Notes under the pieces: model-generated
What the model was told of the DNA's origin: nothing
Seen by the model: the letters and a program-made list of their open reading frames with translations, nothing else
Database searches by the model: none
Assembly (NCBI GenBank): GCA_027334785.1
Contig: DAHWQF010000001.1
Coordinates: forward strand, 1 to 24,833
Length of the DNA stretch: 24,833 nt
Source of the DNA: Acidimicrobiaceae bacterium
Lineage (GTDB): Bacteria > Actinomycetota > Acidimicrobiia > Acidimicrobiales > Palsa-688
Direction of reading: 5' to 3'
Shown: positions 8,601 to 16,666 of the stretch, piece after piece
Layout: every line of letters begins with the position of its first letter
Position numbering within the stretch: position 1 is the stretch's first letter
Made by a program: the position numbers and the translations under genes

Positions 8601-9568
8601 GCCCTGATATGGTGCCCTTCGTCTACTTTGTGCCAGTCGTCGCGCTCGCGGTGCTCGGAGCAATCTTATGGTACCAGCAAGCACCTCGCCGGGCGGCCCT
8701 TGCCACTCTCCGCTCGGCGATCGCGAGCACGAGGGCGGCTCCGGCGGCGAAGAGCACTCTCGTAGCCCGTCCCGTTGACACCAACCGTGACGCGCCCGTC
8801 CGTCAGGGCGCCATCGTGCGCCAGGTCGTTAACTCTGTCGCGGCCGCGATTGGCCGGCCAGCTCGTCACTTGTGCCCCCCGGCTTACGCGGCGAGCGTTC
8901 GCCGGCGCCTCACCCTGGCCGGCCACGACTGGCCAACCTATACCGACCTCTTCCTGGCCATACGCCTCGTGTCGCTCGTCTTGGTGGTGCCGGCCTTCCT
9001 CCTCCTGCTCGTTGCACATATCTCAGGGATTTACGGCTTGCTCACGTTCTTCTTCTTCGTATCGGCACTCGGCCTCGGCCCCGAGGCCTACCTCAACCGG
9101 GCCGTCAGCGGGCGCCAGGAGCAGATCCGCCATGACCTTCCTGGCCTGCTCGAGTTGCTCATGATCAGCGTCGAGGCCGGGCTCGGCTTCGACCAAGCAC
9201 TCACCAGGTCGATAGTTTCCCTGCCAGGCCCGCTCAGCGAAGAGTTCTCGCGGTACTTGGGCGAGGTGCGCATGGGGGCCGACCACAAAGAAGCTCTCGA
9301 GGCAATCGACCTCCGGACGGACGTCGATGAGCTCCGTTCCTTCGTCATGGCCCTGGTGCAGGCGGAAACCTTCGGGGTTTCGGTTGGGTCCATATTGCGC
9401 GCCCAGGCCGAGCAGGCCCGCGTCGCCCAACGCCAGCACGTCCAAGAACTCGCCCAAAAGGCTCCGGTCAAGATGCTCTTCCCTCTCGTGTTCTGTGTAC
9501 TACCGGCGCTCTTCATCGTCGTCGTTGGGCCGGCCGCCATCGAGATTTACCGCACCCTGATCAAATGA
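8597..9568 (+). CDS. tadC: Tad platform protein TadC (T2SS-F family)
   Basis: LPGLLELLMISVEAGLGFDQAL and AQKAPVKMLFPLVFCVLPALFIVVVGP motifs. GTG start overlaps the tadB stop (GTGA 8597-8600). Confidence 0.93.
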   Translation: MSPDMVPFVYFVPVVALAVLGAILWYQQAPRRAALATLRSAIASTRAAPAAKSTLVARPVDTNRDAPVRQGAIVRQVVNSVAAAIGRPARHLCPPAYAASVRRRLTLAGHDWPTYTDLFLAIRLVSLVLVVPAFLLLLVAHISGIYGLLTFFFFVSALGLGPEAYLNRAVSGRQEQIRHDLPGLLELLMISVEAGLGFDQALTRSIVSLPGPLSEEFSRYLGEVRMGADHKEALEAIDLRTDVDELRSFVMALVQAETFGVSVGSILRAQAEQARVAQRQHVQELAQKAPVKMLFPLVFCVLPALFIVVVGPAAIEIYRTLIK

Positions 9569-10200
9569 CGACCACGTCATCGAGCCGTCCATCTTCAGCG
9601 GACGGTCATCCTTTCGGGCATCCGCTGCACGCCGCTCTCCACTGGGCACGTTATAAGGACGACTCGGGGGCGGCCCTGGTCGAATTCGCTTTGATCCTCC
9701 CGGTCTTCGCGCTCATGCTTTTCGCGATGATACAGTTTGGGTTGGCCTTTGCCGGCTGGTCCCAGCTACGCAACTCTGTCCAGACGGCGGCTCGCTCCGT
9801 CGCCATGGGTGACCCCGCACCAGACAACGAGGGTTGTGCTGACATACTCCCGCCTACGAGCAACGGTGCCGTCAACTCTTACACGAAACGGGTAATTTGT
9901 CAGATCGAGGGCACGATCGGCACTCCGATAGGTACGGCCGGGACACCCGAGGTGGCGCTTTACTTACCCGGAGATGGCACAGTCAAGGTCTGCGTCCAAA
10001 TGCCAGCTCAGACCTTCACCGGTTTCTTCGCCAATATAACGCTATCGGCCGATAGCCAGTTGTACCTGGAAGCTGGTCAGGGCGGACAAGGAGGTCAGGA
10101 GGGCCAAGGCGGACAGCAGAATGGCCTGGGCGGCCCCCAATTGCACGACTACAACCCCTATACCCCCCCGCTACCAGGCTGTGGCCCACAAACTTCCTGA
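9565..10200 (+). CDS. tadE: TadE-family pseudopilin
   Basis: DDSG|AALVEFALILPVF class III signal, TM helix, then LRNSVQTAARSVA. ATGA overlap with tadC. Confidence 0.88.
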   Translation: MTTTSSSRPSSADGHPFGHPLHAALHWARYKDDSGAALVEFALILPVFALMLFAMIQFGLAFAGWSQLRNSVQTAARSVAMGDPAPDNEGCADILPPTSNGAVNSYTKRVICQIEGTIGTPIGTAGTPEVALYLPGDGTVKVCVQMPAQTFTGFFANITLSADSQLYLEAGQGGQGGQEGQGGQQNGLGGPQLHDYNPYTPPLPGCGPQTS

Positions 10201-10786
10201 CATCGCCCGACCCGCTGCCAAGGGCCACGACGACGGCTTCGTCCTGGTGTTCTGGGCCATCTCCCTCACCGCGCTGGCTGCGTTTTTCTTGTTCGCCATC
10301 ACTCTTGGCAACCTCGTCCAGTCGGCCGTAGACATCCAAGGAGCGGCAGACTCGCTCGCGCTCGCCGGGGCACAGTCTTCCACGCAGCAAGAGACGATGT
10401 GGACATGGTCCCAACAGCAGCCGCCCTATCCCCCGTTCACGACTACGACCCTTCTCGACACCAGCGCCCCGAGCTACGAAGCCAAGACCATACTCTCTAC
10501 ATATGGCATCGGCATCGGCAGGAACTGGAGCGGCGCCGCGGCACTATGCCCCGCCCCGCCCATTGGATCCTATGTCACCACTGCCACTGACGGTAGGGCC
10601 ATCGTCTGCATGGCAGCCACCAATAACGGGTGCACCGTTGCCGGCACTGATTGCACTGTATGGGTCGACATCCTCGAGCCGCAGCCCTCGCTGACCGGCA
10701 ACAATACTGTCGTCAGGACGTCGATGGCCTATTTGAGCCCTCGCCACCAGGCGATGCTGTGCGACATAGCATGCCCGGTTCCCTGA
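10181..10786 (+). CDS. TadG-like (Tad domain) pseudopilin
   Basis: HDDG|FVLVFWAISL TM helix followed by DIQGAADSLALAGA (TadG-like QxAADxxALAGA motif), and a Cys-rich C-terminus. GTG 10181 is the inferred start. Confidence 0.75.
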   Translation: MAHKLPDIARPAAKGHDDGFVLVFWAISLTALAAFFLFAITLGNLVQSAVDIQGAADSLALAGAQSSTQQETMWTWSQQQPPYPPFTTTTLLDTSAPSYEAKTILSTYGIGIGRNWSGAAALCPAPPIGSYVTTATDGRAIVCMAATNNGCTVAGTDCTVWVDILEPQPSLTGNNTVVRTSMAYLSPRHQAMLCDIACPVP

Positions 10787-10807
10787 GGCCCCTACATAGC
10801 GACCATG

Positions 10808-11110
10808 TCATTCCAGGTCGCGCTCCCTGCCGCCCAACCTCCACCACCAAGACCAGCCACGCAGCCCGCCAAGAGCCGTCCAGAATGCTGCAGAGCGGCG
10901 CCCTCTCGGACCGACCAAGCCAGCAAACCCAGCGGCGAACAGCAGGAGCGCACCTGAGACGGCGCAAGCACTCAGGGTCGAAGTGCCCGCGGGCGTTGCG
11001 GCCCATGCCTGTGAACAGCTGGCGAAGTCAGTTGTCACATTGAAACGCCGGTACTGGAGCGCACTGAACACCAACATCCCAATGAGCTGCAAGGATAGGT
11101 GGCAGAGAGA
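10808..11110 (-). pseudogene. Decayed DUF2079-like (GT-C type) membrane protein remnant
   Basis: One frame reads LQLIGMLVFSALQYRRFNVTTDFASCSQAWAA and the adjacent frame continues ARGHFDP. A 1-nt frameshift near 10996 would restore a QAWxxIAxGHxDP-like motif that I recall from DUF2079 proteins. Most of a full-length gene is missing. Confidence 0.5.
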
Positions 11111-11223
11111 AGCCCGCCACACAAGCGGGGTCCGCTCCGGCGAGGATGGCGCCTCGAGGCGAACATCAACGCCCCCCTTTGGACAACACAGAGGGCCTTG
11201 TCGCTGTCCCCATGGCGTACCCC

Positions 11224-12462
11224 TCACCCGGCCATCACGGAGGGACGCTCAGCGATCTGGACAGGCCCGGTCTCAAAGTCCGGGCTCCGCTCGATGGCCC
11301 TGTCACCTTCCCTTCTCAGTTGCTCGGCGAGCCATCGCACGGTCGCTACGACGAGTACCACGTTGCGCAGGGCCGCCACCGCGGTGGCGAGATAAAAGCC
11401 TGGGCCCCAAATGTGGGCCTCCTCGTAAAGCAGCGGGTACACGAGCGTTGTCAGCGCCGCAGCAGCAACCCAGCCTCGCCTCATCGGCCAGTAGGCCCAG
11501 AAGGGTACCAGCCAGATCAGGTACTGCGCCGCGAACGCCTTATTGGTCAACACAACCACCGATAGCACCGCGAGGCTGACCACCTCCACGGGCAGCCGCC
11601 GCTTGTTGGCAAGCACCCAGACGAAGAGGAGGCCCAGCACCATAGCCACTGTCGCGACCGCGGCAATCACGGCGTGGACGCCGCCCACGACCTCCGTCGA
11701 CCCGAAAGCCATCCCCCACTCCACGTGCAGCGGGTCGACAAGAAGAGTGAGGCTGCCGGGCAGGCTCGACAGTTCGAAACCCCGGCGCATTTCGTAGCTG
11801 ACCGGGGATAGCAGGCTTGCAGGTGCAACGACGAACTGCCCAAGCACGAACAGTCCGACTGCCCCGCCTGCCGCCAACGCGCGCCGCACGGGCCACTTCC
11901 CCGTGTGCGCCCGCTCGACCAGCACGAACCCAGGCAACAACAAGAAGGGGAAAAGCTTCAGCAGCCCACCCACCGCTGCCCAGGCCCAAGCCCGGCCCCA
12001 CCTGCCGCGCCGTGCACCCTCGACGGCGAGGAACCCTGCCAGTGCTGGGAAGATGTCATAACGGGCGAACACGACCACGACCGTCCCGGCGATCATGTAC
12101 ACGCACACCCGATGCGACCAGCCAGGGTGCCTTTCTAGGCCGTCACTCGACAGGACCAGCAAAACAACTGCAAAAGCGGCCAGAACGGCAAAGCCGAGCG
12201 CGTAATGAGCCGGTACCGCCTCTCCAGGCAGGAAGGCAGCCAGTGCAGCAGCGGGGTACTCTCGAGGCAAGGCGTGCAGCACCGGCGGCGCTAGAGCCGC
12301 GCTGGCATAGTGCCGGTACAAAGCCACGTCCGAGGACACCGACTGCGTAAAGGTGTGATCACCTACGGCAAACAACGTGCCTGCCACCAAGAGCAGCACC
12401 AATAGGCCCCCACCATCGCTCCATCTGGCCGCCACCCGCGACGGTCGCGAAACGGCAGCCAT
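11224..12462 (-). CDS. GT87/DUF2029-like polytopic glycosyltransferase (GT-C fold), about 412 aa
   Basis: SDVALY, EYPAAAL, ARYDIFPA, LLKLFPFLLLP and KAFAAQYLIWLVPF motifs, with about 10 TM segments. ATG 12462 overlaps the upstream stop (TGATG). The ORF-track extension to 12744 overlaps another gene. Confidence 0.85.
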   Translation of the reverse strand: MAAVSRPSRVAARWSDGGGLLVLLLVAGTLFAVGDHTFTQSVSSDVALYRHYASAALAPPVLHALPREYPAAALAAFLPGEAVPAHYALGFAVLAAFAVVLLVLSSDGLERHPGWSHRVCVYMIAGTVVVVFARYDIFPALAGFLAVEGARRGRWGRAWAWAAVGGLLKLFPFLLLPGFVLVERAHTGKWPVRRALAAGGAVGLFVLGQFVVAPASLLSPVSYEMRRGFELSSLPGSLTLLVDPLHVEWGMAFGSTEVVGGVHAVIAAVATVAMVLGLLFVWVLANKRRLPVEVVSLAVLSVVVLTNKAFAAQYLIWLVPFWAYWPMRRGWVAAAALTTLVYPLLYEEAHIWGPGFYLATAVAALRNVVLVVATVRWLAEQLRREGDRAIERSPDFETGPVQIAERPSVMAG

Positions 12463-13001
12463 CAGCACGTTGAGGACTTGGAAACCGTCAGCGAGAAGCT
12501 CAATTGCCCACTCCCCGGCGGCGTCGCTGCATCGGTCACGAGGAGCGCAATGTCGTAGGTGCCCGCTTCGGCACAGCTTTTTGGCTCGATGATCACCTTG
12601 CCCGTACCTGCCACCTTGTCCACGTCCTGGAGCGTCACGAAACCCGGCACGCGGTGTCCCAACTGAAAGCTGTAATCCGGGGTCCCTGCAGTTACCCAAA
12701 AGCTGACCACCTGCTGGTCGCCGGTGCTGACCGCGTCGGTACAATCACTCGAGCTAGTGGTGCACCACACCCTCGACCGAGGACCGGGGGATGTGCCAGC
12801 ACCCCCCGACACACCCACTGCGACGGCATTGGCGGCGTGCCCCGGGCTGGCGCTGCTCCGGCCCAGGTAGAGTAGTGCGCCCACGCCGACCAGGGCCACG
12901 AGGCTTACCAACAGTACGTACTCCAGGATGCTCACGCCGTCTTCGCCCCACGACCGAAGCTTCCTCGACCGTCGAGCCCCTAACGCCATCCCCACCATCA
13001 C
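12462..13001 (-). CDS. Flp-type prepilin fused to a C-terminal Ig-like domain (179 aa)
   Basis: EDG|VSILEYVLLVSLVALVGVGAL Flp motif (E5, Y6), a Gly/Ser linker, then TAGTPDYSF...GTGKVIIEP...AGTYDIALLVTD (putative Ig/He_PIG-like pattern). Four Cys. Confidence 0.8.
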   Translation of the reverse strand: MMVGMALGARRSRKLRSWGEDGVSILEYVLLVSLVALVGVGALLYLGRSSASPGHAANAVAVGVSGGAGTSPGPRSRVWCTTSSSDCTDAVSTGDQQVVSFWVTAGTPDYSFQLGHRVPGFVTLQDVDKVAGTGKVIIEPKSCAEAGTYDIALLVTDAATPPGSGQLSFSLTVSKSSTC

Positions 13002-13870
13002 TACCCCCAGCCGCCCAAGGCGCCGTCGCTCGGGTTGGTGAGCGGCCCCGACGCGTTTGTAGCCAGTTCCGAACAGAAGCCCCCGGGCTCAGGCCCAGCG
13101 CACGTCCAAGGCCCCTCGGGCACTCCCGTAAAGCCCCCCTGATGGGTTCCAGCTCCCAGTGCCTCTGTATCCCCGATCTCGCCCTCACCCACGGCACTGC
13201 TGGCTACGATCAGGTTCCACCCATTGGTCGTGAAGATGTAGTAGCCGTCCAGCCAAGCAGTGCTATCGCAGGTGCCTAGATAATCAGCGCCGGCCTTCCT
13301 AACGTACGTGCACTTGGCACCCACAGGTATCGGCACCACCGACTCGAGCGTGCGCGGCGCCACAACGATTGACAACTCGTTGGTTGTCGTCTGGCCGCTG
13401 CTGTCCGTGGCTGTGACCTGAAGGAGAGGGAGAAGACCCGGGGGAGCTCCTGGCAACACCTCCAATGTCCCCATCCCGCCGACTAGGTCAAAATCACCAG
13501 CACAGTTGGTACAGACAGAAGCATAACGGACCGGCGGGCTGCCCCCGGCCGTCGTCATATAGAAGGTCGTGCCCTGACCCAGGGTTGCCGTCAACGGCCA
13601 TGGGTCCGCCGTGCAGGACTGGCCGTCCACCAGGATCTGGAACACGCCGTCCCCTCCGCACCCGTCGGCGATCTGAGCCGCAACCTTGTTCATGCTCGCT
13701 CTGACCGAGCTGCCCAAAAACGAAAGCCCGCCTACGGAGACAACGGCGACCAGCGCGAGCACCAGCGCGTACTCTACGAGGGTCGCACCGCCCTCCCCAC
13801 GCCGGGCCACCCTGGTCTTTCCCCGACGTCCTAAAACACGACGCGCTCTCCCATTTTGTCGATCGGCCAT
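13001..13870 (-). CDS. Flp-type prepilin fused to Cys-rich Ig-like domains (289 aa)
   Basis: GEGG|ATLVEYALVLALVAVVSVGGLSFLGSSVRASMNKVAAQI is a complete Flp helix. It is followed by TAGGSPPVRY...LQVTATDSSGQTTTNELSIVV and a further beta-rich region. Eight Cys. Confidence 0.85.
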   Translation of the reverse strand: MADRQNGRARRVLGRRGKTRVARRGEGGATLVEYALVLALVAVVSVGGLSFLGSSVRASMNKVAAQIADGCGGDGVFQILVDGQSCTADPWPLTATLGQGTTFYMTTAGGSPPVRYASVCTNCAGDFDLVGGMGTLEVLPGAPPGLLPLLQVTATDSSGQTTTNELSIVVAPRTLESVVPIPVGAKCTYVRKAGADYLGTCDSTAWLDGYYIFTTNGWNLIVASSAVGEGEIGDTEALGAGTHQGGFTGVPEGPWTCAGPEPGGFCSELATNASGPLTNPSDGALGGWG

Positions 13871-13907
13871 CCTTTGCCTCCCTTGCTGGGAGTCGGCCTA
13901 GAGTTTG

Positions 13908-14135
13908 TTAGGGCGTATTCACAGAGTTCGTGCTGTTTATGGCGTGCCCCACCTGGTTAACTGTGTTGCTGACAGTGTGGCCCAAGAAGACCAGGGCGCC
14001 GATAGCCACGACGGAGATCAAGGCCAGCAGTAGAGCGTACTCGACCAAACTGGCCCCCTTGTCGTCCCTACGGGGAAACTTGTCGCGTGCCCAATTGAAA
14101 AGGAGCCCCGGCCACATCACGATCTGGTTCAGCAT
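13908..14135 (-). CDS. flp: Flp family type IVc major pilin
   Basis: RRDDKG|ASLVEYALLLALISVVAIGALVFLG...VNQVGHAIN; 75-aa precursor, with a purine-rich RBS (GAGGAAGG) upstream. Confidence 0.95.
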   Translation of the reverse strand: MLNQIVMWPGLLFNWARDKFPRRDDKGASLVEYALLLALISVVAIGALVFLGHTVSNTVNQVGHAINSTNSVNTP

Positions 14136-14278
14136 AGATACCCTTCCTCGTCCCGAAACCTGCCCTGCCGGAACAGGCCAAAAGCCTCCCGCACTGGCGG
14201 GCTCATCTCAGTGTTTCACTGAAGGTGGCGCGAGATCCATGGGCCCATCGGCCCATTTTTCGCTAGAGGCTCTGGTGC

Positions 14279-14310
14279 TACCTGGAGATCTGCTTTACCC
14301 TTGAGATCTG
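14279..14310. repeat. Tandem direct repeat in the flp / GT-C divergent promoter region
   Basis: TACCTGGAGATCTG (14279-14292) and TACCCTTGAGATCTG (14296-14310). The GAGATCTG core is repeated at 18-nt spacing, and a third GAGATC occurs at 14232. Confidence 0.55.
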
Positions 14311-14336
14311 GCCTACTAGTCAAAGATGGGACAGGT

Positions 14337-15851
14337 ATGGTTACGCTGAGTGAGGTCGTCGCGGCAAGCACAGAGGCCGAGACCGTCGGGGACGGCAGTA
14401 ACCAGGCACGTGGCCCGTCGGGAGGCGCACGCCTCCGTATGCTTCGCTTTCACCCTGCGCTCATAGTAATAGCAGGCGCCTGCGCTGCCCTCTTTCGCCA
14501 GGCGATGCACTCCGGCCTCTCGGGCGACGTGTTCTACGAAGTGGCGGCGGGGCGCTGGATGCTCGCCCACCATGCCGTCATCCGCCACGACGTCTTTTCC
14601 TATACCGTCCACGGTCGGCCCTGGCTTGACGAGGAATGGGGCTTCCAGGTACTCCTCGCGTGGCTCGTCGGCCACGCGGGCGCGGTTTCGTACTGGCTCG
14701 TGTCCGCAGGGGCCTGCGCCGGCGCCATACTCGCGGGCGTGGCCCGTTGGCGGGTATCCAGGGCGAGCTGGATGTGGTCCGCGGCCCTTTCGGTGCTTGC
14801 GGCAGCCGGGCTTTCAGTCGGCCTGGCCGCCCGCCCCCAGGACCTGAGCTACCTCTTCTTCGCATTGCTCTTGCTGCTCCTCGCCCTCGCTCGGCACCAC
14901 GCCCGGTGGCTTTTCGCCGTGCCGGCACTGCTCCTTGTCTGGGCCAATCTCCACGGCAGCTTCCTGCTCGGGCTCGGTATGGTCTTCCTCGAAGTTCTCT
15001 GGTCGCTCCTCCCACCTTCGGGAGGCCGGTTACAAGTCGCGAGGCCACTCCCGAAGAAGGCGGCCCTTCTCGCCCTTCTCAGCAGTCTCACCGCCTCCCT
15101 CGTCAACCCCAACGGTCCGAGGCTCCTCGTCTACGCCTTCCACGTCAGCACCTCGCCCCGACTGGCCTCGCTCATCGCCGAATGGCAGACCCCGAACTTC
15201 CACTCCTACTTGTTACTCGCCGTGATAATCGGGCCGGTGCTTTTGTTCGTGTGCCTGCTCGCCTTCTCGGGCACGGACTTTGCCCTGCAGGACGCCGTCC
15301 TAGCGGGCCTCCTCTTTATCGCGGCCCTGCACGCCGTCCGCTTCACGCCCTATTTCGTGCTCGCAGCTTGCGCCCTCCTGGCCCCCTGGGCCCCGCTTAA
15401 GCGAGAGACCTTGCGGCCTGCCTTGGCGACGCTACCCCTGTCGGGCGCCCTGGCAGCCGCGCTGCTGGTCGGTACCCACGTACCGGCCGGTGCAGCCCAG
15501 TCGGGCACCGGGTCCTTGGCCACCCCGGTCGCCGCCACCAACTTCCTCGCCCGCCAGGGCGGGCGCGTGTTCACGACCTACTGGTGGAGCGACTACCTCG
15601 TCTATAGGCACATCCCCGTGTTCGTAGACGGGCGCACCGATCTCTACTTCGGGACAGGCGTCCTCCGCACCTACATGCAGGTCGACAGCTTGTCGCTCGA
15701 CCCCGACACAGTCTTTGCCCATTGGCGCGTGCGCTGGGTGATGTGGGACAGGCACGAGGCCCTCAGCACTTTCTTGTCCCACGACGCGCGCTGGAGGGTG
15801 GAGCTCCGCGCTGGCGACGCCATCGTCTTCGAGCACGTCGGAGCGTGGTGA
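14337..15851 (+). CDS. Polytopic membrane protein, GT-C-like (putative lipid-linked sugar transferase)
   Basis: DVFYEVAAGRWM...DVFSYT...PWLDEEW loop, ARPQ, WANLHGSF, EWQTP and VFVDGRTDLY motifs, with more than 10 TM helices. The start is uncertain (TTG 14301, ATG 14337 or ATG 14439). Confidence 0.8.
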   Translation: MVTLSEVVAASTEAETVGDGSNQARGPSGGARLRMLRFHPALIVIAGACAALFRQAMHSGLSGDVFYEVAAGRWMLAHHAVIRHDVFSYTVHGRPWLDEEWGFQVLLAWLVGHAGAVSYWLVSAGACAGAILAGVARWRVSRASWMWSAALSVLAAAGLSVGLAARPQDLSYLFFALLLLLLALARHHARWLFAVPALLLVWANLHGSFLLGLGMVFLEVLWSLLPPSGGRLQVARPLPKKAALLALLSSLTASLVNPNGPRLLVYAFHVSTSPRLASLIAEWQTPNFHSYLLLAVIIGPVLLFVCLLAFSGTDFALQDAVLAGLLFIAALHAVRFTPYFVLAACALLAPWAPLKRETLRPALATLPLSGALAAALLVGTHVPAGAAQSGTGSLATPVAATNFLARQGGRVFTTYWWSDYLVYRHIPVFVDGRTDLYFGTGVLRTYMQVDSLSLDPDTVFAHWRVRWVMWDRHEALSTFLSHDARWRVELRAGDAIVFEHVGAW

Positions 15852-16033
15852 GAGCCGCAGACGCCGCCACCTTCCCCCCGGGAGCTCCGTCAGAGGTCAG
15901 CTCGGCAGCGGGCACGTCAACACTCGGCGTCAGCGAGTGCCACCGGCTCCGCTACCTCAGCCCTGAGCAGTTGACACGCTCCTATGCCCGCCGGCCCAGC
16001 TCCGCTTACATGGCCTTCCGTGGCGACGGGTCT

Positions 16034-16666
16034 TTACGAGATCCGCACGAGACCGAGCCGCACTCCCTTGGCAACCGCCTGGCCCCTACTTTCCACGCCG
16101 AACTTCGTGTATATGTGCTCCAAGTGGTTCTTTACGGTCTTCTCGCTTATAAACAGCCCCCTGGCGATGCTCCCGTTCGAGGCGCCACGAGCCGCCAGTT
16201 GCAGGACCTCGGTCTCCCGGCGGGTGAGCAAGTGCAGCGACGACGGCAGCGCCGCTCGCGACGACGCCCTTAGGTACGAACTCGCCACCTCAGCACCTTG
16301 GGCATTTCCCTGAGCCACTCGGCCGACCGTGGACACAATCTCCGAGGCGGAGCAGTCTTTGGTCAGGTAGGCCGCCGCGCCGGCCTCGAAGGCTTCCCTT
16401 ACAGTCGTCTCGTCGGCGAACATCGTGAGGATCACGACGGCCGTCCCTGGGCATTGCCGGCGGAATTGGCGGGTTATCTCGACCCCGTCGCGCCCGGGCA
16501 TAGATATATCCATCAATACGACGTCCGGTCGAGCCTCCGCTGCCAGCCCGATCGCGCTCTCGCCGTCGCCCACGTCGGCCACAACCTCGAACCCTGCCGC
16601 CTCGAAGCAGCGTCGAAGTCCGTCCCTCAAGACCCTATGGTCGTCTACAAGCATTACACAGCTCAC
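16034..16666 (-). CDS. NarL/LuxR-family response regulator
   Basis: LVDDH, VLMDISMPG, ILTMF and LTKD receiver residues are intact, with a C-terminal LTRRETEVL...TVKNHLEHIYTKFG HTH. GTG 16666 has a GAGGAG RBS and overlaps the kinase stop. Confidence 0.95.
   Translation of the reverse strand: MSCVMLVDDHRVLRDGLRRCFEAAGFEVVADVGDGESAIGLAAEARPDVVLMDISMPGRDGVEITRQFRRQCPGTAVVILTMFADETTVREAFEAGAAAYLTKDCSASEIVSTVGRVAQGNAQGAEVASSYLRASSRAALPSSLHLLTRRETEVLQLAARGASNGSIARGLFISEKTVKNHLEHIYTKFGVESRGQAVAKGVRLGLVRIS

Noticed and set aside
12463-12744. N-terminal extension of the GT87-like ORF
   Set aside because: It overlaps the Flp-Ig gene on the same strand, and a coupled ATG exists at 12462.
14136-14330. 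Possible c-di-GMP riboswitch upstream of flp (GGGUAAA segment)
   Set aside because: The GNRA-capped P2, the GACGCAAAGC-like junction and P3 of class I, and the class II pseudoknot consensus, are not present.
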